A stretch of 64,000 nucleotides of DNA from Curvularia clavata (Eukaryota): NCBI GenBank assembly GCA_023920165.1, contig CP089280.1, positions 1,860,001-1,924,000 on the forward strand. Reading direction: 5' to 3'. How positions within the stretch are numbered: position 1 is the first letter of the stretch; each line of letters starts with the position of its first letter. The notes below the pieces were generated by a model that did no database searches, was not told the DNA's origin, and saw nothing but the letters and a program-made list of their open reading frames with translations. Below, piece after piece: positions 37,348 to 50,194 of the stretch. The translations under genes were made by a program, and so were the position numbers.

Positions 37348-39324
37348 GGCTACGAGGAGGACAAAGTTAGTTGGATGGTCAGGCGCAGCAGCAGAGCTAG
37401 CAGGTATATGAGCTGTCGACAGCCAAGCGCAGTGGTGTGTAGGTAGCGGGAGGACCAAGGTCGGCAATTGGCCGGTGAAGAGCTTGAGCGATTGGCGGTG
37501 GGAAAGGAGCAGCGAAGGCCGAGAGGGTTCGGTCAATTATCGAGAGGAGGGAGAGGAGAAAAGGGCAGGGCGCGACTTTGATGAGCCGCGGGTGGGTAGC
37601 GATGACGATGAAAGAAAGTAGGCTGTGTTGGCGCGGCAGGCTTGGGTTGCCAGGGGAAAGTGGACCAGGCCGTCAAACACATGTCCCTGACCATTGTGCC
37701 GCCGAGTGTCAAAACACGGCCAAGGTTGCACGGCCACGCACCAAGAAGCAATCGTGGCCGCTTTCATCCCAGCGTCGGCGTCTCGTCTGCTGAACTGAAA
37801 TGTTTGCATCGCCCGCCCCGAAGTCCATGTCAGTGACACTGCCCTCGGGTGATGTCATGTGCGTGCGTGTGCTACGAGCGCAGCGCGCAAGTGGCCGGTC
37901 GCGCTTTCCCGCCAAGGCCATCGCACTTGCCCGGGGCCCAGACACGCCTGCAGATCGTCACCAACCTGTCCCGCTTTTTCTGCTTCACCAACCCCCTGCT
38001 ACTACGATACAAGCTCCCCATCCTTGCCACGACGTCACCGCCTTGCTAACGACTACTTGTTCTGCCCATGGCCGCTGGCTGCTAGTCGGGCGTTGTGCAG
38101 TAAGCTTACTTTACAGTATCAATCTCACGTCGCTCAAGCACAGCTTGCCAAGAACAGCTGTGCTTAATTGACTGAAAAGGGATAGCAATCAGACCAGCCA
38201 GCCACAATCCACTGCGGTTGACTGTGACAGGCAAATTGTGAGAGATGCATACGTTGACAAATCAAGCATCGTGGATATGATTAGTTGTGACAGACGCAGT
38301 GAGCTGGGCGAGATGCAAAACATCATGGCCACTAGGCCCAAGGCGTTCAATCTCGGACACCCGCTACTACGTCTTTCCTCGAAACATTACCTTGGGAGGT
38401 AATCAAAGCTTCTCGCAACGCGTCTCTTCTCTTCTCCTGGATCCTGCAGGCTGTGCCCACAGGATTCCACTTTTTTGCAAATATAGCAATCACACCAACA
38501 GTAACTAGCGCTATGTGCCGTAAAGCGACCTAAAGATTTGCCGTCTGGATGGGGATGTTGACCTATCAATGGTTGCGAGACAATCAAAACAAAATATACA
38601 CATAAACATTACTTTTGGCCTAAACGACCAACGAGCTATGTATAGAGTTCCATCACCTGCGAATTGTCTACCGAAGGAATATCTGTGAGTATCTCAACAC
38701 CAAGTAACAGGATGAGCTTCGATTTCAATGTCTTTCAATACCACAACTAATCAACAGGCATTGAACCAAAACACTGATCCGGCCATTTTCAAAACAATGA
38801 AGATTGGAGGAGAGCTTGCTAATACAAATGTTCATCAAATCTTAACCAGATCCCCGGGTTGCATATCCCTCGTAACAAGCTCTTTGCTTATTGCCACACC
38901 ATTTCCGCTTGACAAGACTAGGCGGATTTTGGGTGTAGGTACCCTCAAGACAGGGGCAGCTATATAGCTGGTAGCCATCTTTGACGAACTCGAGCAACCT
39001 CAGTAGCAATGTCCACTTGACCACCTGAATGAAATAACCATGTCACGTGCTAACCCACTTGGAAAGAGGTTCTTGGCGTGTTAATTCATGTACACGTATA
39101 ACACCTGTCGAACTTCGTTGGGTCTGGGAACAAGCAAGAGCGGTTTAGGTCTAGACCGCGGTTTATCGATAGGGTACCGTTGCCTCAGGCCACCCGTGTC
39201 ACCTGCCCTTGACACCGCCCACGACACAAGATGGCTCACCCTCAAACACTATAGGGTAGCATTCTCACCAAAGTTACTTTTACACTAGCGAGTTGCTTCT
39301 TTGCTACTGGCGCAATCCTTGAAC

Positions 39325-41716
39325 ATGTAAACCTACCGCAGTTGCCCTCACAGCACAACACTAACAAACCAGGGATGTCAATAGCAGCAGGCGCAATGGC
39401 AAACCCGCCTCTTGTGAGCCCTGCAGATTGAACAAAACAAAATGTGATCACGGTCACCCAAAGTGCGATCGATGCCGGCAACGCGGAATTGAGGATCGCT
39501 GCTTCTATCATCCAGCGCCTCTTACCAGGCCGCGCCCTGTTACTCACGACTCAGACTCAGGCGCGTCGCGTCCTGCCAAGCGAAAGTGCTGAAAGACCAA
39601 GACGAATATGACCAAAATAAGGACTGACATACATAGGCGCCCAACGAGAAGAAACCCCGACATTACTGATGTCTTACCGACACCAACATCTTTACAAAGC
39701 GAAAAGCTCGCCGATGCCGTTGCTGCTGATGTTTATCATCCAGGATTTCTTGGCCCTGGATCCTATGCACTCTTGCTCAATCAAGATGAAGAGCCAGGTC
39801 ATTTGCGCGAGCGTGAAGAATCCGTCGCATCAGATAGATCGGATCGAGAACTCACACACCAGCACACTTTGTCAAAATCAATGAGATATCAGATGGCGCA
39901 TGATGTGTTAAGTGTCTTTCGACACTACGACATAATAAAGGAACTCATCATCTGGCATTATGCAAACAACGAAGCTGGTGTGATACCAGCGCCATTAGTC
40001 ATCGACGCCATCAATGCGCTCGAGGCCGTCGTCGACAAGCACGATTTGCGGCGGAAAGAGCCAAACCCACAACTCATTACACAAGTCTTAGAAGCTACTG
40101 CACGTCCTTTGACAATATCCCAGTCTCTCGAAGCTCACGACTTTCATATACTATGTTCAGGTGAAAATATGCGCTTCGAACTCATTGGTTTCTTGCTTGC
40201 CAGTGCTGGTCGCTCTATCACATTTGGTTACAGAGACGTAAGCAACAAAGCCATGAAGCTGCGCTTTACTGATGAGCTGCTTCGCACAAGCACAACTTGT
40301 TTGTTCCTTACCACAATGCTTGCCACAGTCAATGACCTCACTATTTGGATGTACTACGAAAATTACGTGTTTACAATAATGATGTGTGGATACGCAGGCA
40401 AGTAGATATGCTAAACACATGGTTTCATCCTGGCTAATGAGGACCTATGTAGGACCACCCGCCTGGAGACGCATTGGGGAGTTGGCAACACATCTGTACG
40501 CGCTTGGTATCCATCAAGACAAGAAATGTGCTCAAGCACCAACTTGGTTGGCAGAAACTCGCCGCAGGCTCTTCGCCGCAGCCTACAACCAAGACAAATC
40601 TATCTCTACCTTCCTTGGTCGTCCAATCAGGATCAGCAAGACATACTCGGATACCCGCTTGCCACTCGATCTTTCTGACGATGAAGTGACGGGTGACGAA
40701 GAAACACTAAAGGTTGCAATACAAGCGTTGCGTGCTGATGGCTGGGACACCAAAGGGAGATGGCTTCGGGCGTCATGGATCGTATGTGACCTTGTTCTTC
40801 CCTTAGAGTACAAACAAACTGACATGTTCGTAGCGTCTTCGCTACATGGCGCTCGAAACCCGTGAAGAAATATTCAAATTCTCTTTTGTCAAGATTGATG
40901 AAAATGCGAGAGCCCAGCTCCTGTACGTATACTCCAGGAACATCTTCCAACTTGCACTAATCCGTTTGCAGAGAATTATCTCAACGCATGGCCGCATCCT
41001 GGGCTATGCTACCGAAACACATGCGTTATTCTAAGACATGCTGGGAAGAAGATCTTCCCACCAAGGCGTGTCTTGTGCTGTGCGGTGTCCACCTAAACTA
41101 TCTGTACAACCAATTCATGATCCAAAAGCTACTCGAAAATGGCCCTTTGGCCCTTAACACGGCTTTGTTACGGGATTCGATCGAGTTGTTGTCCAACACG
41201 CTCATTTTAGGCCCGGTGCGGGAGCGGTCATATGATGTTCATCGCGATATGCTGCATTGTGTGCTGCTGTTTGGTATTCCAGCTGCTTCAGTCCTAGCGG
41301 CGGCACTGCGCGAGCAGCATCAGACCGGCCAACACTTCCCGCCCGAAATCTCTCGCTCAGAGATCATCCGTATGCTGAGTGTGCTCATCTCACATCTCGA
41401 TGCTGCTGCGTACATGGAAAACTCTGGGGCGAGACATGGCGAGGCGAATTACAATTTATGCCGTAAAGCGAGTAGAGTTTTCACAAAAGTCATTGACACG
41501 ATTTTGGATCCAAGGACGGTAGAAGAAGTGACTCCCACAAATGACCAGTTGGCCATGGACCTGGACCTGGATCTGGACCTGTTTTCTGGTACGGGTTTCA
41601 ATGGGTTCGAGGGAGTGGGCTTTCCTGAGCTGTGCAATGGCCCCGGCACAAGCGGGGGTTTCAACGATGCTGACATTGATTGGGGGGCAATGGGGTCATG
41701 GAATACATGGAATTAA
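39325..41716 (+). CDS. Zn(II)2Cys6 transcription factor with fungal-specific TF domain, multi-exon (TF1)
   Basis: Exon 39373-39585 reads RRNGKPASCEPCRLNKTKCDHGHPKCDRCRQRGIEDRCFYHPAPLT and is missed by the ORF track. Also ETRRRLF..DKSISTFLGRP..LPLDL and an acidic C-terminus. The start is inferred. Confidence 0.88.
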
Positions 41717-41852
41717 GCCTGTTTAAGCACTATGCAATCGTTGTTGCGCTAATAATATCATATATATAGGTTACAAGATAATGCCTACATCCATCACCTT
41801 CTTACTCGCTGAACAAGTTCATAAGCGCTTCATTAGAGAAGCCAATCCCTTC

Positions 41853-43987
41853 TTAATTTTCCAACTCGGTTGTCCTCTTGATGGTAGTGAACCGGAACCC
41901 AAAGCCAGCAAGAAACGCTGCAGCACTGAAGGCAATAGTGACAATCATGGTGGCTCTGAATCCTGATACATACGCCTCGAGTACTCCCTCGATATATTGG
42001 GCAGGAAAACTGCTTCTGATCTCGCTAGCACCGGCCTGGAGAACCAAGGCGGGGTTTAGTCCAGCCGCGGTGACGGCTAGACGCTTGAGGAGGATATTCT
42101 GGAAGGCGGTCTGGGCAGCCGAGATACCGAAAGCGCCTCCTAGTGTTTGGATGACTGTTCAGGTGTCAGCATAGTGTCTGAGGAGAGAATGCAGGGCATT
42201 TGAACGTACAAAGAAGCGTAGCTGTTGTCAAAGGCACGTCGTCCTCCTTTGTTGTCGCTTGAATGAGCATGACAGGAACTTGGAAACTGACACCAACACC
42301 CAGTCCCGCGAGAATCTAGTACAGTTAATATCAACAAATGGAACTTGCATGGATAGTTAAGTAGAAAGTACCTGATAACCAATCCATTTTGAACTAGGAG
42401 AACTAATGTCAAAAGTATAGATCAAGCCAGAGCCAACGGCTGTTATACCGGCTCCAAGAATCATCCATGGGAATGCGTAACCGGTTTTTGAAATGACCTG
42501 ACCGACGACTACGACGCACAGTGCTGAGAGCGTGGTTAGCGAGAGTTGACACAGGAGCTGGATTTGTCGCACTCACTGACTGCGAGAATGTATGGCACGG
42601 TGCGGACACCACTTGTCGATGCCGACACACCCTGTACGGATTCTATCGTTCGTTAGCTGTGATTGATATCAGTCATAGCCATGTTCAAGAAGACGTACGG
42701 AAGTAGATCGGGATGTAGTAAAAGGTGACCGAAAACGCAGCATTGATCCTAACCCGAGTTATTTTTGAACTCCATCGTTTTCAGTATGCGGTTGTAGCTT
42801 ACAAGAAAGAAAATGTCGAACCAACAGCGACTGTGCGCCTCTTGATTATGCGGCTCTGCACCATAGCATTCTCGCCCTGCCACTTTTGCGCCGCTAGGAA
42901 CAGCAATAAGCAGAGAGCAAAGCCGACAATTGTGCCAATGACATCGGCGTTACCCCAGCTTTTCAATGTACCACCCCATTGCATGGCCAGAATGAAGCAA
43001 ATCATAGAACCGATGATGAGAGTCACGCCGATAGCATCAAGCTGGCGAAGCATGTCGAGCCAGCCGGGACGAGATTTCGGTGGTTCGTTGACGAAGAAGA
43101 AGAGGATGAACAGGCAGGATAAACCGCCGACGGGAAGGTTGATGTAAAAGCTACACTTTCCGTTAGCTCACCTGCCTTGGAGCGTGAGAAATGGATAAGA
43201 CGAGGTTACTTACCACCATCGCCACGTGACATTGCTAGTAAAAGCACCTCCGATCAATGGGCCAACCACACTCGCAAGACCATACGTCGCACCCATGAGT
43301 CCGCTGTACTTTGGTCGGTCGGCCGGCGACACCAAAACAGCAATGATGGTGTACGAGCCGGCGAAGAGACCTGCAGCCCCGACACCACATATGGCGCGGC
43401 CGATAATCAGGGCCACTGAGCTTGGTGCAGCGCCTAGAGCCAGAATCAGAAATGCATTTTTTGAGAAAACTTAGTAGTATGAAGGCGTCCTGAGCTTACC
43501 GCATATCACACTTCCCAGTTCAAAGAGTCCGATTGAGACGAGGTATGTCCATTTCAGCGGGAAGAAAGTGTATAGTTTTCCCCATGAGGCTTGTGTTGCA
43601 GCTGTAGTGACGAAAAAAGCAGAACCGTACCATGCAATGTCCTCGAGACTGTGGAATTCATCGGTGATTTTGGGGATGGCGGTTGAGAGAATGGTCTTTG
43701 ATTAATCAGTACATCTGTGATTTCGAACCAGCGTCATCGACACTTACGAAATCAAGCGAAGCCTATAGTATCTTGTTGTCAGTGATTTGTTTGCCTAGCA
43801 AAGAGTTGGCAATGGTGTATCTTCTTACCAGGAAAATTGCTAGAACAAGGCCGATGAGTACGAGCACAAAGCGCCCCGTGGGTAGCTGGATGTGCGGATC
43901 TTCTTCAAAGTCTTTTATCTCACCTGAGTGATCGTTGAATGGCGATTGGTTCTCCGAGTCGCGCATCGGATGTGTCTCGTTCTTCAT
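41853..43987 (-). CDS. MFS drug/toxin efflux transporter (DHA2/14-TMS, AflT/GliA-like), about 9 exons
   Basis: Spliced frame intact: [75 protein letters not shown]. Confidence 0.9.
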
Positions 43988-44335
43988 ATTGCCGTTTTTC
44001 TTTCAACACCCTTACAAAAAGCGGGAAAGTAAGACTAAGGCGAAGGAAATCAAATAGGTGTTAAGAGCTTTTGAAATTGAATTCTTGTGCTATTTGAAAA
44101 AGGGATCTGAGCTTGGCTTTTCGGACCAGCAACAAGTCTGTCCGCAACTATATAAACGAGACATTGCATCCGCGAAAGCACCATGCATTTCCGATCTCCA
44201 TAGTTGACGGTTTCTCTGTCCGCTTCCTGACTAATTCATGATTACAAAAACTTCGGAGGACGAGCATAGCGGACGGGAAGCGCACGAAAAATGTCAAGAT
44301 AGAGCATGAATTGTAAGGGTTGTGTGTTTACGCTA

Positions 44336-44364
44336 CGGAGGTCCGGCGCCAAGACGGATGTCCG
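44336..44364. promoter_or_regulatory. Two CGGA-N2-TCCG palindromes (putative Zn2Cys6 sites) upstream of the MFS gene
   Basis: CGGAGGTCCG at 44336-44345 and CGGATGTCCG at 44355-44364. Confidence 0.65.
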
Positions 44365-45202
44365 TGTGGCACAGCATGCTACCTCGAACGATTAGGTACG
44401 TCATTTTTGTTTACTCCAATGCTGCTAGGCCTTATGAATAGAATGTTTTCGTCTTAAAAAGTCTTCTGACACATGTATCGTGTTTGTTAAGCGCGGACGT
44501 CGTGGTCATGCGCAGCTCGATGACGCGCTTGGTGATTCCGATTGGTCTGGGATTTGGGACTGTTGAGGCACCTTCATGCGTCGGACTCTTGAGATGATTT
44601 TCGAGTTTATTTTCTGGAAGTTTATGGGAACCGTACATCAGAATAGTATGCTGAAATGCCTTGGGTTGGTCTTTGGGGACTGTTGCTTGAGGTGGATAAC
44701 GACAGTTCACTTGATGTGGCAAGAGGCACGATGCGGACGTTGATTACTCTGATTGATTGACCTGTTTTTGAATAACATTCACTGTATTTGTATTCACATG
44801 TGGAATTTTAACAATGAAGTAATCAGAATTATACGTGTTAAGGCGTAGATTGCCATGGAATACATGCGAATGCGCATAGTGGCTGTGCTGACGTATTCAG
44901 CACTGAATGCGCAATGAATTTTTAAAGCTTTTATGCCATTGAAGAACACTATGTACGTTTGCTATTACTGTCGTCTTTCCTTGCGCTCCTTCTGGTCTAG
45001 AAAAACATCGACGCACAGATACTAGAGGTGACGAGATACTAAGGAAATCAAACTTTTCATTATTCTATTGACACTCTCCACTATTGATCATTGGGTCTCT
45101 TCCAATCGCCAAAATTTGAATAGATGTAGGCAAAGGTAAGGTAAGTAGAAAGCAATCCAGGAGCTGGGTGTGCTTTTAAAAATATCCAATTTTGATACAA
45201 CC

Positions 45203-47060
45203 TTAAAAAGCAAGATCAGGGTGTTTTACCAGAGCCTCCTCAAACATGGTGTCGATCAGCTTTGCTTTATGCCCATCTCTAGGCTTGAGGTCAAACACGA
45301 ATGGTGCTGGTCGCGTGATGAGTAAGTCTGTCCAATCGGAGAAGTGCACTGGAATATCTGTTCACGAATCAGTATACCTGCATACGGTTTGAAGTAGATG
45401 CTAGAATACGTACCGGCACCGCTCTTACTCTTCTTCTTAGACACATCAAAAGCCCAAGCTAAAGATCCCACAATGGTGACCAGCTGATAGTCCACAATTT
45501 CCATACCCATGCAATTGCGACGTCCGTAGCCGAAGACATGGTGGTTGATGACGTTGGGATATTTGGTCAGAGGCTCTTTGTATGTTGGATATTTAGGGTT
45601 CAGGTAGCGGTCAGGGTTGAATTCTTCAGGGTTTGGGTAGAGGGCCTCGTCACTGCGGCGCGCCCATTCAGTGGCGTGGACAAGCGTGCCCTTTTCGATC
45701 AGATAACCATCGTAAACGTCATCCCTCTCAGCTTCGTGGGGAACACCAGTAGGTACAGGTGGCCTCCAGCGGATCAACTCCTTTCCGACCGCCCTGAGGA
45801 TAGGGAGCTTGGGTGCATCAGCCCAGGTGGGGAGACGGTCAGGTCCACAAACTTCATCGATCTCTGCTTGGAGTCGCTTCTGCCATTCAGGGTAGTGGCA
45901 CATCGTCAGGAAAAATGTCTGGATTGGAGAAGACATCGGTAGTGATGCTGTAATAGCAAGCATACCCACTGCAAAAGCGCCCTCCTTATCGTCCTTGACA
46001 TCGCTTGGGAACTTGAGGCGCTTTTGCTCCTGGAGGAATGTACGGGACCATGAGTAACCATCAATACCAGCTTGCATCTTAACTTTGACCGCTTGCATTG
46101 CACCCACCCAAAATTCTTGCTGGGCATCATGGCGCTTCTTTTCTCTCCAGTACCATGGGTTGAGGATATTCGGTAAAAGCATGATGATTGGTAGCTTATT
46201 TGGTAGCTGTCCGGCAGGCGAGATGGCAGAGAGAAGACCAGTGGAGCTTTTTTGGAGGGTTCGGCTCAAGCTAGGGTCTTCTCACGCCAGACGAGCACTC
46301 ACACGATGAGTGAATTCTTCTGCAAGCCTGGGGTAGTTACGGTTGTCCCTCTTCAACTGGTACATCATCCTCTTGATCTCCAAATGGGTAAAACCATACA
46401 TGTCATAGTTGAAAGTCTTTGCGAAACACTCATGGGCAAACTTTCGATGCCTTGTAAGCGCCTCTATAGATCTCTCAGTCAGTATCGATAACCTAAAGAC
46501 ATAACGCTTCGCGCGCTACGGTAATCCAGGGAAGCACATCTTGCTTACCATTATTGTCCAACAGAGGAAGATATTCAGCGTCTGTCTTAGCACCGGGGAT
46601 ATTCGGCGTGGGCGCTCGATTCGAATAATAAGCACCTCGTTTGGCAAGGATATCTTGGGCCATCTTTTCACTATTTAGTCGGATATGTTTGACGCCGAAC
46701 AGCGTCAACTGATAGATTGGACCATATTCATCGTGCTTCATGGTCATTAGTCAAATCGGAGTGCCTTATTGCAAGATACGCACCCATTCTGCGAACTTCT
46801 TGTAAACATTCGTAGAGGGTAACTGGAAGACCGGCCCAATCCATGGTATACCTTCATAGTTTTTCAGTATAAGTCGCCAGTATGACCTTATGCAACTTAC
46901 CCTTGGGCCCTGGGATCGTTTTGTATTGCGCTTTCTTCTGGTCCTTCCGAACGATACGAATCATAGCCCAAATAAGAGTACTAATTACACTGAACGCCAT
47001 CAACGGGGCGAACATGGAAAGCAGAGATAGCGATCCAGCCTGAATGAACTTCTCAGACAT
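45203..47060 (-). pseudogene. Cytochrome P450 with an in-frame premature TGA (pseudogene or sequencing error), 5 exons
   Basis: N-terminal anchor, IPGPKG, YGPIY, KELIRWRP (ExxR), FNPDRY, heme motif FGYGRRNCMG. Exon 4 reads EEFTHRVSARLA*EDPSL with TGA at 46284-46282. Confidence 0.8.
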
Positions 47061-47647
47061 GTTGGCTAGGTTTGGGAAGGAGAATGTGAGTTGGGAAGTG
47101 GAGTGGTCATGTTCTAGGGTGGTCACAAGCACCCTTTATCTTTCTTACAAACCATTTCATTCCGGGTCCATCTTCTACATCCGCATATCGGTATACCACT
47201 CTGGACTCAACCTTCCATCCTCTGATTCTGCAATTTCGTTAAGCCAAGGCCTAATACGCATGAGGTTTCATGCGATTGTCGCTGCGAAGTCCGAGGACTC
47301 ACGCCAGCCGTAACGATCGGTAGTGCGACCATCGATTGCCGAGTAACATGGTACGAAAATGGAGATCCGTGCCATGTCAAATATAGAATATTTCATGAAG
47401 AAAAGTAGTTTATTCCGATGCTTGGCACAGTAGGATCGGGTTGGGACTGAATTAGGCGTAACCATCTGATAGAGTGCGTACATTAACGGCATGGCGAACA
47501 CCAATGCTTTGACCATTACTGTGAAATCTCTCACACAATTTAACACCTCGGCAACGTAACTTTCGATATTCGCTGTTGTCTATTGCGCCAGAACTCGCTC
47601 TCTACCTAGCAGCTAACTATCCATCTCCGTCCACTAGTACAAGGTTG

Positions 47648-47722
47648 CGGATGTCCGTCATGCACGAACAAACTGCCACAACGAGCACGAAAACACCGGT
47701 GATACATGTTCTCGGACATCCG
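47648..47722. promoter_or_regulatory. Two CGGA-N2-TCCG palindromes in the P450/FAD-oxidase divergent promoter
   Basis: CGGATGTCCG at 47648-47657 and its reverse complement CGGACATCCG at 47713-47722. Confidence 0.65.
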
Positions 47723-47915
47723 CAATAGTCACTCTTAGACAACCGATAGTTTCAGCACATTCTATAGATATTTACGATTTGAAGTTTCTTGAGCGGTATA
47801 AAAAAGGTGCTACCAAAACCCGCTCCAGTTTTACTGCGGTACTGCTGCATCTGCCCCTGATCCCTGTTGCGCACGCATTGTATTTTGAGCGCTAATATTT
47901 TAAAATTTTGTTACT

Positions 47916-49492
47916 ATGACGTTGCTGTTGTCTTTCCTTTTCACCGCATCTACCTTCGCTCAATATGCGCTAACAGCTACTCCCCAGCAGATCCAAGCAG
48001 ACCTGACCAGAATTTTATCGCACGAATCCGATGTTGTGTTGACTACAGACCCTTCCTATCAGACCAATTTTACTCCAAGATGGACTGTCTATTCAAAATC
48101 TCGTCCAGCTTTTAATGTTGCTGCTAAGCCTGCCACTGCTAGGGATATTCAACAAATTGTCAGATATGCAACTGAGAACAACATCTCATTTTTGGCAACG
48201 GGTGGGGGCGATGGATATAGTACTTCCTTGTCCGGTCTGACATCCGCGCTCAACGTCGATCTCGGCAATTTCAAAAATGTGGCTGTGAATGCTTCTACCA
48301 ATACGATGACAGTTGGAGCCGCTACTATCTTTGCTGATATATTCGACCCGTTGTATGCTGCTGGAAAGCAATTTCGTGAGTTACGGGTTCCTCTAGCAGC
48401 AAGAATTAGAAATTAACATTATGCAGCATCTAGTGGGGCTTCAACGCCTAGCATTATAGGACTTACCCTAGGCGGGGGTATCGGGCCCCTTACTGGTGCA
48501 CATGGTCTTCTCATCGATTCCCTAATTTCCGTCGAAATGGTAACCGGCTCAGGTCAGATCCTCAAGGCGTCGAATACTGAAAACTCTGAACTATTCTGGG
48601 GTATGAGGGGAGCTGGAGTCAATTTCGGTATTGTTACTTACGCAACATACCGCATCTATGATGCTTTCAATAACGGAGTGGTGTACAACGCCGATTTGGT
48701 TTTCGAGGGGGAGAAAAATGAAACTATTTTCAAGATCCTGAACTCATATCAAGGCGCACAAGATGACAAGCTCTCGATTTCCATCACATCGGCTGTCAAA
48801 AACGGAGATGTAAGTAATGCCTATCCTGTATCACAATAGCAGATTACTAATATCAGCAGCCTCAATTGAGTGTCAGCGCAATATACTTTGGCACTAAGGA
48901 GCAAGGCGAGGCCGCCATTAAGCCTTTTCTTAACCAACGGCCAAAGTTTAGCAATGTTTCTGTCATACCTTCCAACCAGTTGGTTTACATTGCAAACTTT
49001 GGCAGCAATGCATTTGCCCGTGTAAAGGGCGTCAGAGCTGACTTGTGGGGTTACCAACTGAACAACCTCACAGTGGCCACGCTCAGTAGCACGTTCACCC
49101 GGTTCACTAACTTTATTATCGAAAACCCTGGGTTCGAAGATTCCGCAACCTGGTTGGTTGAGAAGTTCGGCTTAGGTGTAACTGCAACCATCCCCGATAA
49201 TTCTACTGCGTATGCGTGGCGCAAAACTGTTGCTTATGGTTACTTCGGTTTTTTTCTGCCTGAGAACGTGACTGGTCAGATGACCCGCAATGTTGACCAG
49301 TTTGCAGAAGTAATTCATCACAATCTGGTTGTGAACTGCGGAAACCCTGAACGCAATGTGTTTCCTAATTATGCCCGTGGCTCAGAGACACCCGAGCAAG
49401 TTTACGGGAAGTCGAAATTACCAATTTTACGGTCGCTTAAGAAGAAGTACGATCCGAAAGGGCTTTTCAATCACTTCAACCCCCTTGTTTGA
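47916..49492 (+). CDS. Secreted-type FAD-linked oxidoreductase (BBE-like/AA7, VAO superfamily), 3 exons
   Basis: Signal-like N-terminus, KPATARDIQQIVRYA, FLATGGGDG, GLTLGGGIG, LFWGMRGAGVNFGIVT, C-terminal NYARG..YG..LRSLKKKYDPKGLF. Introns about 48376-48426 and 48810-48856. Confidence 0.88.
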
Positions 49493-50194
49493 GCGAATTC
49501 CTAAGTTCACTCTTCTTTGCAGTTCCATATGGCCTTTCCTTGCTTGTCTTTTTCGCACTCTATAGATCGCAAAGTGATCTTTACATAAGAAAATATGGTT
49601 GATTCATCACAACGCCTTCAAACTCTGAGTTTCGCTATAATTAGCAAATCATATTATTTGTTCTAGCAGTTTCTATTGGTATATATGCGGAAAGTTTTGA
49701 CGCTCTAGAGTATTCCCTTTGAGACCTCATAATACTGAGTTCTAGAAACGCATCACCTGACGTCAAAGATATTACCATGTGTAGCTGCAAGAACGAATAT
49801 TTTGCTATGATGTAATTTCGTATGTTTACGACAGATACATGTTCTGATGAACTTTGGTTTCAACGCATCTTTCACAGAAATAGGCTAATATTCTCAAGGA
49901 AATTCTTATTCGCAGTCAAGTACTGTTGGTTTGAGAGAAGGATAAAGCCACAAGCCTGGACCTGAAGATGCACTATATGGATAGAGAGCCAGGGTAAATA
50001 TAACGACTGCATGCACAAAGGGAAAAACAAAATTGATTCTTTACATTTCCTCATCCCAAAAACCCCCTTGACATCCAATTTACTAACAATATCCCACCTG
50101 ACTTGGTCAAATGCCACAGTATAGCAAGCACACCTCACAAGGCTTCGACCGCCATATATATAGACCTTTCAAAAACCTCAAACCATAAATTCCC

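Noticed and set aside
44432..44722. 96 aa minus-strand ORF inside the island
   Set aside because: TTG start, no motif and no supporting splice structure, so it cannot be supported as a gene.
46271..46302. Candidate intron that would remove the P450 stop codon
   Set aside because: 32 nt is too short, has no clear branch point and is not a multiple of 3.
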